Notes under the pieces: generated by a model
Seen by the model: the letters and a program-made list of their open reading frames with translations, nothing else
Databases searched by the model: none
What the model was told of the DNA's origin: nothing
Assembly (NCBI GenBank): GCA_012838635.1
Contig: DUOW01000011.1
Location: forward strand, 4,882 to 68,881
DNA: 64,000 nt
DNA from: Acholeplasma sp.
GTDB taxonomy: Bacteria; Bacillota_I; Bacilli_A; ML615J-28; CAG-698
Direction of reading: 5' to 3'
Part shown: piece by piece, positions 30,032 to 38,237 of the stretch
Layout: the number at the start of each line of letters is the position of its first letter
How positions within the stretch are numbered: the stretch's first letter is position 1
Translations under genes and position numbers: made by a program

Positions 30032-30943
30032 TTATTCACTTTCTTGTTGATAAAAGTCTTTGGGGAAAGGAATTTCAAAAAGATAGTATTTTGTCTCTTT
30101 GTTTGTTTTATCATAATATTTTACTTTGAAGTATAAAGTTTCAGGATGTGTAACTTCTGTAATGTATTCATCTGTAAGTACATGCGAATTAATTACTTCC
30201 CCGTTATGATAGTTTCCTTCAAAATGATACAAACCAACAGTAGTATAAATTTCTCCATCTTTTGTTTCTACAAATCCTTGGATATCAAACTCATAGTTTT
30301 CTACTTTTGACCTAAAATCTAAATTGAAATAATAATCTGTTTTCCCTGCTTTTTCTTTAGGAACAAAATTCAATAAAAAGATATCATTTACTGTTTCTGG
30401 ATCAGTCACTTTTTCTTTTTTATTAAAAGTTAACATTGGTTCTGTGAATTTATAAACATATTCTTCTTTTGTTGTGTTACCTTCTTCGTTAGGTTCACTT
30501 TCTTCATAAAAGTGGACCATTGAAGTAAGTGTCTTTAAATCTGCTCCAGCTTTATTAGAAGCCATAATAAAAGAATTTGTATGGCCTGTACTGTCAACAG
30601 TTGAAAAATAATAAACTTTACCATCAACATAAGAGACATTATAACTAGATCTAAATAAGTCTACTTTAATTTCTGAGGTTCCCATAACATATCCTGTAAT
30701 ATAATGCCTGTTACTCAAAGGGTTTCCTTCAACATATTGTTCTTTAGATAATCTGTTACTTATCTTAATATAATTAAAATAACCTTTTTCATTATCTACA
30801 TGTTCTTCATAAGCTGGCGCTTGAAGAATTTCTTTTTCTTTAGTAACTGCAACACCAACAACCGCAGCTGAAAGTGCGTATATTAATAGGATTGCTAAAA
30901 TTACAAAATTATTTAATTTTTCTGGAAATCTAATTATTTTCAT
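30032..30943 (-). CDS. Hypothetical membrane-anchored/secreted protein (likely start MKIIRF at 30943)
   Basis: N-terminal hydrophobic helix followed by a soluble aromatic-rich domain. Confidence 0.65.
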   Translation of the reverse strand: MKIIRFPEKLNNFVILAILLIYALSAAVVGVAVTKEKEILQAPAYEEHVDNEKGYFNYIKISNRLSKEQYVEGNPLSNRHYITGYVMGTSEIKVDLFRSSYNVSYVDGKVYYFSTVDSTGHTNSFIMASNKAGADLKTLTSMVHFYEESEPNEEGNTTKEEYVYKFTEPMLTFNKKEKVTDPETVNDIFLLNFVPKEKAGKTDYYFNLDFRSKVENYEFDIQGFVETKDGEIYTTVGLYHFEGNYHNGEVINSHVLTDEYITEVTHPETLYFKVKYYDKTNKETKYYLFEIPFPKDFYQQESE

Positions 30944-31412
30944 CTTTTTTCTTCCTTCTTGTTCTTCTTTTCTTTTTTTCTTTAATTGTATAGTCTCCAA
31001 TAATAATATTTCCATTTTCTTCTTCAATAATTATAGTATCTTGTTCTAAATAAACAAATCCTGAATTAGGAAAGTTTTCAATACCTAAAATAGAAAAAGG
31101 AAATAGCTTGTTTTTACCATATTTAGTTATATTCAAAATACAAATGGTTTTTGTTTCTAAGATTATCTCATGAATAACTTTTCTTTTAGAATATAACGAT
31201 AGGTTGCCTTTTGGGGAAAAAGTATATAAAGTAATGCCTTGGCATTTAATTTTCTTTAATTTTTCTGGTTGTTCATTTTTTCTATTAAACTTACTAATTA
31301 CTTTTTCAGCCCACTTTTTACAATAAGGTTTATTAGCAACCGCATAATAGATATCTCCTATATAATAATAACCCGGTTTTAAGACTAGATCTTTCTTTTT
31401 CCTAAAACACAT
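30930..31412 (-). CDS. Hypothetical basic protein
   Basis: 160-aa ORF overlapping both neighbours; PGYYYIGD motif. Confidence 0.55.
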   Translation of the reverse strand: MCFRKKKDLVLKPGYYYIGDIYYAVANKPYCKKWAEKVISKFNRKNEQPEKLKKIKCQGITLYTFSPKGNLSLYSKRKVIHEIILETKTICILNITKYGKNKLFPFSILGIENFPNSGFVYLEQDTIIIEEENGNIIIGDYTIKEKKKRRTRRKKKDENN

Positions 31413-32616
31413 ATGTATACTCTTCCTTATAGTAGTAGATTGGTTTAACCCTTAATTTTGTTAGTTCATCTATCGTTTTGCCTTCCCAAATTAAGTGAAC
31501 ATATTCTGGTTTATCAATAAATGGATTGCGGTTGTTTTGTTCTTGGCTAATAATATCATTTCTTTGAAGTTCAAAATCATCAACTGGATCTTCGCGATGC
31601 CATTTTAATAATATAGGCAATAATCCCATTTTAGCTCCAGATAATTGATATGTTTCTCCAGTCAATAACTCGGCTGCTGTTTCTACTAAACTTAACTCAT
31701 TATACATTACATCCATATAAAATAAGATTCTTGCTACATCTCCTTTATGCTCATCGCCTGGAAACCAAGAAGTAGAAGTAACGGCTCCGTATGTTGTTGT
31801 TTCAGTTGTTGGATTATCAAAATATGAATTTCCTCTTGAAGAGTTTACACTTTGAACAATAGCTCTTAAATTATGTAAGTCACTAGCTTGATTTCTAGTA
31901 CTATTAGTAATTTTATCAGTCTCTGTTCCTAAACGTGATCGTGGCCAAACGTGTTCTCTTGTCCAACTAGTTCCGTCCCATGTGGCATCGATTTTATCCC
32001 CACTATAGATTGTCCAAACTTTTGTTGGGTCTTCTAAATCAGCATCAGCTCTACCTAAAATCTCTCTAGCATCTCCATAAGTTCTTGGAGTAAAGTTTTC
32101 TCTCATGATACTATTAAGTTCTCTTCTTAAGTCTTCGCCTTCTTTGTTGTTAGCAGAAGCATAATAAGTTCCTTTGGCTTCCTCAATATATATATAAAAA
32201 CCATCATCATTAGTTTCGTCATTAGGCTCTAACTTAAAAACAGTAATTTTATATGTGTTAGATATCTTACCGACTGTTATGGTAACGTCGGTCTTCCCAA
32301 CTTGATGGGCTGTCATCTTTCCCGTTTGATCAATTGATAAAATTTCTGGATTGCTTGAAGTAAAACTTGCTTCATTATACTCAGCTGCCGTTTCGGGAAT
32401 AGTCTTATATGTTATCGTTTGACTAGCGTCAACACTAATATTATATTTATCTATTCTAACTTCTAAATCCCTAACAGTTCGAGGTTCTAAATATAAAAAC
32501 CAAATAGCAAGAAAAATTAAAACTAAAACAACTAAAATTATTCCGCCAATAGATAAAGAAGATATCTTTTTAGCAGCTTTTTTTGCTATTTTTACGTTAT
32601 CTTTCTTTTTAGCCAT
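31402..32616 (-). CDS. Membrane-anchored endonuclease I/Bsn-family nuclease with Ig-like domain
   Basis: WTREHVWPRS, SDLHNLR...VNSSRGN, KGDVAR..FYM..Y, QNNRNPFIDKP; N-terminal TM and Big_2-like segment. Confidence 0.88.
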   Translation of the reverse strand: MAKKKDNVKIAKKAAKKISSLSIGGIILVVLVLIFLAIWFLYLEPRTVRDLEVRIDKYNISVDASQTITYKTIPETAAEYNEASFTSSNPEILSIDQTGKMTAHQVGKTDVTITVGKISNTYKITVFKLEPNDETNDDGFYIYIEEAKGTYYASANNKEGEDLRRELNSIMRENFTPRTYGDAREILGRADADLEDPTKVWTIYSGDKIDATWDGTSWTREHVWPRSRLGTETDKITNSTRNQASDLHNLRAIVQSVNSSRGNSYFDNPTTETTTYGAVTSTSWFPGDEHKGDVARILFYMDVMYNELSLVETAAELLTGETYQLSGAKMGLLPILLKWHREDPVDDFELQRNDIISQEQNNRNPFIDKPEYVHLIWEGKTIDELTKLRVKPIYYYKEEYTYVF

Positions 32617-32668
32617 GAAACCACCTCGTTATTCATTATATCATTTTTTTTGCTTTTTTCAATCTTTA

Positions 32669-32751
32669 TAATTAACATTTCCACATTGATAAATTGTTTA
32701 TTCTTTATTAAAAAGTTTTCCTTGCTTTTTACACTGTGGAAAAGTAGATAA
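32669..32751. promoter_or_regulatory. DnaA-box-like sites upstream of dnaA
   Basis: TAATTAACA/ATTTCCACA tandem (32669-32685), TGTGGAAAA (32735-32743), AGTAGATAA; variants of TTATCCACA. Confidence 0.65.
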
Positions 32752-32817
32752 AAATTATTTAATTTTTATGTTTATTATTCTTTCTTTTTGTGGTATCATA
32801 TATGGGAGGAGTTCAGT

Positions 32818-34209
32818 ATGAGTAATTTAGATATGGAAAATGCTTTAAACATTTGGCAAAAGACGCTCGAGCATTTAAAAACTGAAATAGATGACATTTC
32901 TTATAATGATTTGTTTTCTAAAACAAAAGAAGTTTTTAAAGTTAAAGATAGTACAATCTGGATTATCGTTGATAGTACTTTAACAAAATTTAGAATTGAT
33001 AAATTTTATAAAAATAGTATTAACGATTTTGCTTTAAATAATTTTGGTTGTCATTTTACTTTCATTGAATGTAAAGAAGCAGAAGAACAAAAAAGTAAAG
33101 TAGATTTAGTAAATACTACACAAACAGATATCGAAAACAGCAAAAAACCAAGATCTTTGCTCCCTGAATATTCTTTCGACAATTTCGTTATTGGAGAAAG
33201 CAATCGTTTTGCTTTTCTAGCAGCAACTAAAGTAGCTAACGATCCTGTACCAGTTTTAAACCCACTATATATCTTTGGTGGTGTTGGTTTAGGAAAAACG
33301 CATCTTATGTTTGCGGTAGGTAACGAAATCTTGCAATTTAAACCAGAAACAAATGTTGTTTACACAACAGCACAACAATATGCTCAAGATTACTTTACAG
33401 CTTCTAGTAGTAAAGATCCTAAAGCTTTTCAAAAGTTTTATGATTATTATCAATCAGCTGATGTCTTGTTAGTTGATGATATTCAGTTCTTAGAACAAAA
33501 AACAAAAACACAAGAAGAGTTTTTTAAATTATTTGAGCTTTTATATACTGAAAAGAAAAAAATGGTTGTTACATCAGATAGACCAGCTAATCAACTTCAA
33601 AACTTTATGGACAGGTTAAAGAGCAGATTAAGCTATGGTTTAGCTGTAGATATTAAAAAACCAGATAAAAACTTAAGATTAGGTATCTTACAAAAGAAAC
33701 TTCCAACTCATATCCCTAATCCAGAAGATGTTCCGATTGAAGCGTTAGAATTAATTGCTGAAATTTACGAAGATCGCAACGTTAGAGAATTAGAAGGTGC
33801 TTTGAGTAGATATATTTGGTATTGTGTGTCGGCTAATCTTCCTTTCACAAAAGAAAATGTTTATCCAATTTTAGAACCGTTAGTTAAAGGTATGGGTAAA
33901 GAAGGAGCTCCGGCCGACGTTAAGGTAAGAGATATAAAAGAATTGGTAGCTAGTTATTATCAAGTTTCGGTTTCTGAATTAGAATCTGAATCAAGAAAAG
34001 CAAAAATTGTTTTCGCAAGACAAATGGCTATTTATTTAATTAGAACTCTTTATGACTTACCATTAAAACAAATAGGTAGTTATTTCGGAAATAGAGATCA
34101 TGCCACAGTATCTTATTCAATCGATAAAATTGAAAAAGATATGAAGCAAAATAAAGGCATAAAACAAGATATTATATATCTAACTCATAAAATTCAAGGT
34201 GAAAAATAA
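32818..34209 (+). CDS. dnaA: Chromosomal replication initiator DnaA (likely start 32818 after GGAGG)
   Basis: NPLYIFGGVGLGKTHL, LLVDDIQF, NVRELEGAL, FGNRDHATV. Confidence 0.98.
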   Translation: MSNLDMENALNIWQKTLEHLKTEIDDISYNDLFSKTKEVFKVKDSTIWIIVDSTLTKFRIDKFYKNSINDFALNNFGCHFTFIECKEAEEQKSKVDLVNTTQTDIENSKKPRSLLPEYSFDNFVIGESNRFAFLAATKVANDPVPVLNPLYIFGGVGLGKTHLMFAVGNEILQFKPETNVVYTTAQQYAQDYFTASSSKDPKAFQKFYDYYQSADVLLVDDIQFLEQKTKTQEEFFKLFELLYTEKKKMVVTSDRPANQLQNFMDRLKSRLSYGLAVDIKKPDKNLRLGILQKKLPTHIPNPEDVPIEALELIAEIYEDRNVRELEGALSRYIWYCVSANLPFTKENVYPILEPLVKGMGKEGAPADVKVRDIKELVASYYQVSVSELESESRKAKIVFARQMAIYLIRTLYDLPLKQIGSYFGNRDHATVSYSIDKIEKDMKQNKGIKQDIIYLTHKIQGEK

Positions 34210-34212
34210 AAG

Positions 34213-34267
34213 TTATTAACATTTCCACATATGCTAATAATAATAAAAAAATAAATATAAATATAAA
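34213..34267 (+). other. oriC unwinding element: tandem DnaA boxes, DnaA-trio-like repeats, AT cluster
   Basis: TTATTAACA/ATTTCCACA, short spacer, C-TAA-TAA-TAA-TAA, AT-only tract; same layout as the B. subtilis dnaA-dnaN unwinding region. Confidence 0.7.
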
Positions 34268-34281
34268 AGGAGAAATAAATT

Positions 34282-35409
34282 ATGAATGTTACAATTAACA
34301 GAGATTTATTGTTAGAGAACTTAACTAACGTAAGTAGAGCTCTATCAACAAAAACACCAATGCCGGTGCTTACTGGAATCAAATTCGAAATCACAAAAAA
34401 CAAAATGTACTTAACAGCTTCAAATAACGAAATATCAATTCAAGCACAACTAAACGAAGGAAACAAACTAAAGCTTGAAGGAGAAGGAAGTTTTGTTGTA
34501 CCAGGCAAAATATTAAGTGATATTATTAGAAAACTAGATGCAAACGAAGTTCAATTCAAAGTTGTAGAAGATAATGTAATTAAAATTTATGCTAATAGAA
34601 GCGACTTTACTTTAAATGCATTAGAAAAGGATAACTTTCCGTTAATCTCATTTGCTGAATCAAACACATTTATTAAATTAGACATTGGAACATTAAAACA
34701 AATTATTAGAAAAACAACATTTGCTACATCTTTATCAGAATCAAGAGCTATTCTTACTGGTGTTTGCTTAAACTTATCTAACAATAAATTAGAAGCTATC
34801 TCTACGGACAGCTTTAGATTAGCAAAGATATATTTAAATGTTAACGAAGAACTACCAGAATTATCTGTAGTAATCCCTTCAAAAAGCTTAGACGAACTAA
34901 ACAAAATTATTATTGACGACAATGAGAACGATATTGAATTACACTTCTCACCAACAAAGATCCTATTTAAGTATAAGAACTTGTTATTCCAATCAAGATT
35001 AATTGATGGCGTTTATCCAAATACATCTAGTTTAATTCCAACTGAATTCTTAACAAGTATCAAGTTTAATAAAACAGAACTTATTAAAACTATTGATTTA
35101 ATGTCGCTATTTACTAACATTGAATCATCAAACATTATTCAATTACAACTAAACCCAGACAAAACAGTTGAAATCAAATCAACAACAAGTGAAATTGGCG
35201 AAGGTAAAGAAGAACTAATTCCATTAGAGTGTTCTAATCCTGTTTCATTTAAGATAGCTTTTAGCGCTAAATACTTCTTAGAAGCTGTTAGATCGTTTGA
35301 TTCTTCTGAAATAGTTGTTCATTTTACTGGCGAAATCAAACCATTTATCGTTACTGGTGAATATGATGTTAACTTAACTCAATTAATTCTACCAGTAAGA
35401 GTATCTTAA
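34282..35409 (+). CDS. dnaN: DNA polymerase III beta sliding clamp
   Basis: STDSFRLA, SRLIDGVYP, C-terminal LILPVR; after dnaA. Confidence 0.97.
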   Translation: MNVTINRDLLLENLTNVSRALSTKTPMPVLTGIKFEITKNKMYLTASNNEISIQAQLNEGNKLKLEGEGSFVVPGKILSDIIRKLDANEVQFKVVEDNVIKIYANRSDFTLNALEKDNFPLISFAESNTFIKLDIGTLKQIIRKTTFATSLSESRAILTGVCLNLSNNKLEAISTDSFRLAKIYLNVNEELPELSVVIPSKSLDELNKIIIDDNENDIELHFSPTKILFKYKNLLFQSRLIDGVYPNTSSLIPTEFLTSIKFNKTELIKTIDLMSLFTNIESSNIIQLQLNPDKTVEIKSTTSEIGEGKEELIPLECSNPVSFKIAFSAKYFLEAVRSFDSSEIVVHFTGEIKPFIVTGEYDVNLTQLILPVRVS

Positions 35410-35424
35410 TTAACATACAATAAA

Positions 35425-35448
35425 AAAAGAGGTGTAATAACCTCTTTT
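35425..35448. terminator. Bidirectional terminator between dnaN and parA
   Basis: AAAAGAGGT-gtaata-ACCTCTTTT. Confidence 0.75.
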
Positions 35449-36331
35449 ATTTTTTCTTTTTTAAGTTTAAAACAACTTTTTCTTGCGGCTGTTCTTGAGC
35501 AGCTGCTTTTTTACTTAATTTCTCTTCATGTTCGTCTACACTTTTAAAGATCCCTAACAATTCTTTTCTTACTTTTAAAGTTTCGGTCAAATCATAACGA
35601 GTTTCAAATACTTCATTTTTGTCAAAAGGAGTCTTACCTTGAGTTTGAATGTTTTGAATTGTTGATTTCTCTGAAAAATAAGGCAATATTAAAGCGTTTA
35701 ATCCCATTGTTCTTGAAAATTCTTTGGCTTGTTTATCCAATGTTTGTAAAGAATCTTTAGGAGCTCTTCTATTTGCAATAAATTTATTAGGTAAAATGTA
35801 TTGAATCTTACTAATAGGAATGTCTTGGTCCACAAAAAACTGGATAGTATTAATAAACCCATCAATCCCCATACTATCTAAACTAATAATTAAGATAATT
35901 CTATCACTATAATCCAACAAAACTTCTGTAGCTCTACAGCTAGAAGGTGGGAAATCAAGCAAAACATAGTCGAAATTCTCGTTATAGACATCAATAATGT
36001 TAAATAAGATCTTTTCTGTAGGTCTTTTTGTAATTAATTCTGTAGATAAAGCATCTGTATTTAAAGTTTTTATTAAATATAAGTTTTCTCTTACTTCATG
36101 TAATACTTCATCAAACGTCCTTTGTCCTACCATTAGGTACTCTAAATAGTCATCATTTCTTGCTGTAACAAGATCTTGGCGTCCAAAAAGAGTAAAAATA
36201 CTATTTTGATCATCAATACTGATGACTAAAACAGTCTTTTTCTTTACTTCTGTTAAATAATGAGCTAAATAACCAATAAACGTTGTTTTACCAACGCCAC
36301 CTTTCTTACAATATGTCGAAATAATGGCCAT
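35447..36331 (-). CDS. parA: ParA-family Walker ATPase without N-terminal HTH
   Basis: Deviant Walker A KKGGVGKTT at the extreme N-terminus, A' VLVISIDDQ, Walker B YVLLDFPPS. Confidence 0.9.
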   Translation of the reverse strand: MAIISTYCKKGGVGKTTFIGYLAHYLTEVKKKTVLVISIDDQNSIFTLFGRQDLVTARNDDYLEYLMVGQRTFDEVLHEVRENLYLIKTLNTDALSTELITKRPTEKILFNIIDVYNENFDYVLLDFPPSSCRATEVLLDYSDRIILIISLDSMGIDGFINTIQFFVDQDIPISKIQYILPNKFIANRRAPKDSLQTLDKQAKEFSRTMGLNALILPYFSEKSTIQNIQTQGKTPFDKNEVFETRYDLTETLKVRKELLGIFKSVDEHEEKLSKKAAAQEQPQEKVVLNLKKKK

Positions 36332-36334
36332 ATT

Positions 36335-36679
36335 CTATAATTTAACTCCCATTAATCGTAAATGACGTATAACAGCCTCTTCTACAAACTCAGAAAAAGT
36401 AACTCCTTGCTTCATTGCAGCTATTTTTGCCTCAGATCTAACAATGTGAGCCATAGTTGCAGTGTATTTTACCTTTTTATTCCCTCCATATACGTCATAA
36501 ATCTCATCTTTTTTCGATTTAGTAGGGGTTACTGTCCTAGAAACAGGTTCTTTTTGATAAACTACAGGTTCTTCAACAACTGGTTCTGATAGAGTCTCTT
36601 CCTTAATAATTTCTGCTACATTTACAGTTTTATTTAGGCCCGATAAAGGACTTTGGCCTCTTTTTTTAATTTTTCCCAT
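36335..36679 (-). CDS. Ribbon-helix-helix DNA-binding protein (putative centromere-binding protein)
   Basis: Low-complexity N-terminal tail; C-terminal strand VKYTATM, helix HIVRSEAKIAAMKQ, GVT turn, helix FSEFVEEAVIRHL; AGGAG RBS; stop 3 nt from parA start. Confidence 0.75.
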   Translation of the reverse strand: MGKIKKRGQSPLSGLNKTVNVAEIIKEETLSEPVVEEPVVYQKEPVSRTVTPTKSKKDEIYDVYGGNKKVKYTATMAHIVRSEAKIAAMKQGVTFSEFVEEAVIRHLRLMGVKL

Positions 36680-36722
36680 CTTTTTTCACTCCTTTTTCTT
36701 ATAAAAATCACAATTTTAGTCA

Positions 36723-36834
36723 AAAACCATAAAAACATTTATACATTTTTACACAAAACCTTATAACCATTTATATGTTTTTACATTTATACACAAAACC
36801 ACATTTACATTTATACACTTATACATAAAAACAT
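36723..36834. repeat. Contiguous array of 14 degenerate 8-bp units (AT-rich 4-mer plus ACAT/ACAC/CCAT box); putative centromere/operator
   Basis: aaaaccat aaaaacat ttatacat ttttacac aaaacctt ataaccat ttatatgt ttttacat ttatacac aaaaccac atttacat ttatacac ttatacat aaaaacat. Confidence 0.9.
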
Positions 36835-37835
36835 ACTTTTTTAAGGTCATTTTTTAGGCGATTTTAAGCTTTTAAAACTCGTTTTTTCCTGAATTTTAAA
36901 AATATTGCTTCCTAAAAAAGGGAAATATTTTTTAGCGCTCAAAAAAACATTTTGAATTTAAATTAAGCTAGATTTTTGACCCCCAGTAAAGTATTTATTA
37001 AGGCCGATTCTTAAAAACGCTTAAAAACGAAATTTGAAAGGTTGCAAAAAACTGTTTTTTGCCATATACAGGGGTTTTAAGGCCTTTTAAAAAGACAAAT
37101 ATACATAAAACCATACAGCTGTATATATGGTTTTATGGGTATACATAAAACCATATTAAGAAATGTTGGTTAAAAACAAATTTTTTGTTTTTTTTGGTCT
37201 TTTATTGAGACTATTATACACAATAAAAACATAAAAAGCAATACATAAAGCCATAAAAATGCAAAAAAAAGCACTTTTTATAGCTTTAAAAACGAGTATT
37301 TTCCGGATCTGACGTTTAATACAACAAAAACAACCAAATAAGAGTTGAAATAAGGCTAAAATCAGAAGAAAAACAATATAAATAAAGCTAAAAAGTTAGA
37401 AAATACGCCAGTTTAAGCGTTAGAAAAACCATAAAACTGAAAAACAAACATGATTTTGGCCTTAATAATAAAGAAAACATAATATTTTCAGCGTTTTAAG
37501 GTCCATTTATACATAAAACCATACACAAAAGAGCATTAAATTATGCTTTTGGAAGTAAAAAAACAGGTTTATATGTAAAATGGTTAATAAAAGGGTAAAA
37601 TTATATATTTAATGACCTTAAAATAAGAAATATACATAAAACCATACTCAGAAAAGCTAAAATGTTATGCTTTTTAAAGACGTAAAATAAGAATTTAACA
37701 TAATACACACAATTAATGGACGATAATTTACTTTTTTCAAGAATAAAACATCTTTATATCCAAAATCATACCCAACGAAAGATCCCAAACACCAATTAAC
37801 AACAACAAAAACGAAGTTTATACATAAAACCATAC
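36820..37835 (+). repeat. Dispersed 17-bp repeat TATACATAAAACCATAC
   Basis: Perfect at 37100, 37508, 37631, 37819; one mismatch at 36820 and 37140; more degenerate at 37240; inverted degenerate copy at 37125-37141. Confidence 0.92.
37213..37241 (-). promoter_or_regulatory. Candidate SigA promoter for the RHH-parA operon
   Basis: TTGCTT-N17-TATAAT on the minus strand; -35 overlaps the repeat copy at 37240. Confidence 0.5.
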
Positions 37836-38134
37836 AGCTTCTTTTAAATAAAAGTAGGAAAACTAAGCTTTAATACAAGATTTGTTTCACTTATTGGGTT
37901 CTATATTCTATATTATTCCTTTTAATGGTTAAATTATCTATTAATTATTCATAAAAGCAGTTATAAACCATCTTTTTGTGTTTTATATTTCAACTTAAAC
38001 CATTTTTAAATAAAAAAGGCAAATAAAACAAGATATTGTTAAAAAACGCAACTAAAACGAAAATAAACGAGTTTTTTGGCTCAATAAATATAATTGGAAA
38101 GATTTTAATAAAAGTCTTTAAAAATAAGCGAAAA

Positions 38135-38145
38135 TGTGGTATAAT
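38135..38145 (+). promoter_or_regulatory. Extended -10 promoter for recF-gyrB-gyrA
   Basis: TGTGGTATAAT. Confidence 0.6.
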
Positions 38146-38237
38146 ATCTATGAATTATTCAGGAATTAAAAATGGTTCAAAAGTTTATTTAATAGACCGT
38201 TTTATCCGTTTATTTATAAAAGATAATGGAGAAAGAG

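Noticed and set aside
36820..37835. CRISPR array
   Set aside because: Repeats are only 17 bp, spacing is irregular (about 40 to 280 bp), one copy is inverted, and no cas genes are present
35447..38237. Intact integrated plasmid, prophage or IS
   Set aside because: No integrase, transposase, rep or phage gene and no flanking att or target-site duplication recognised
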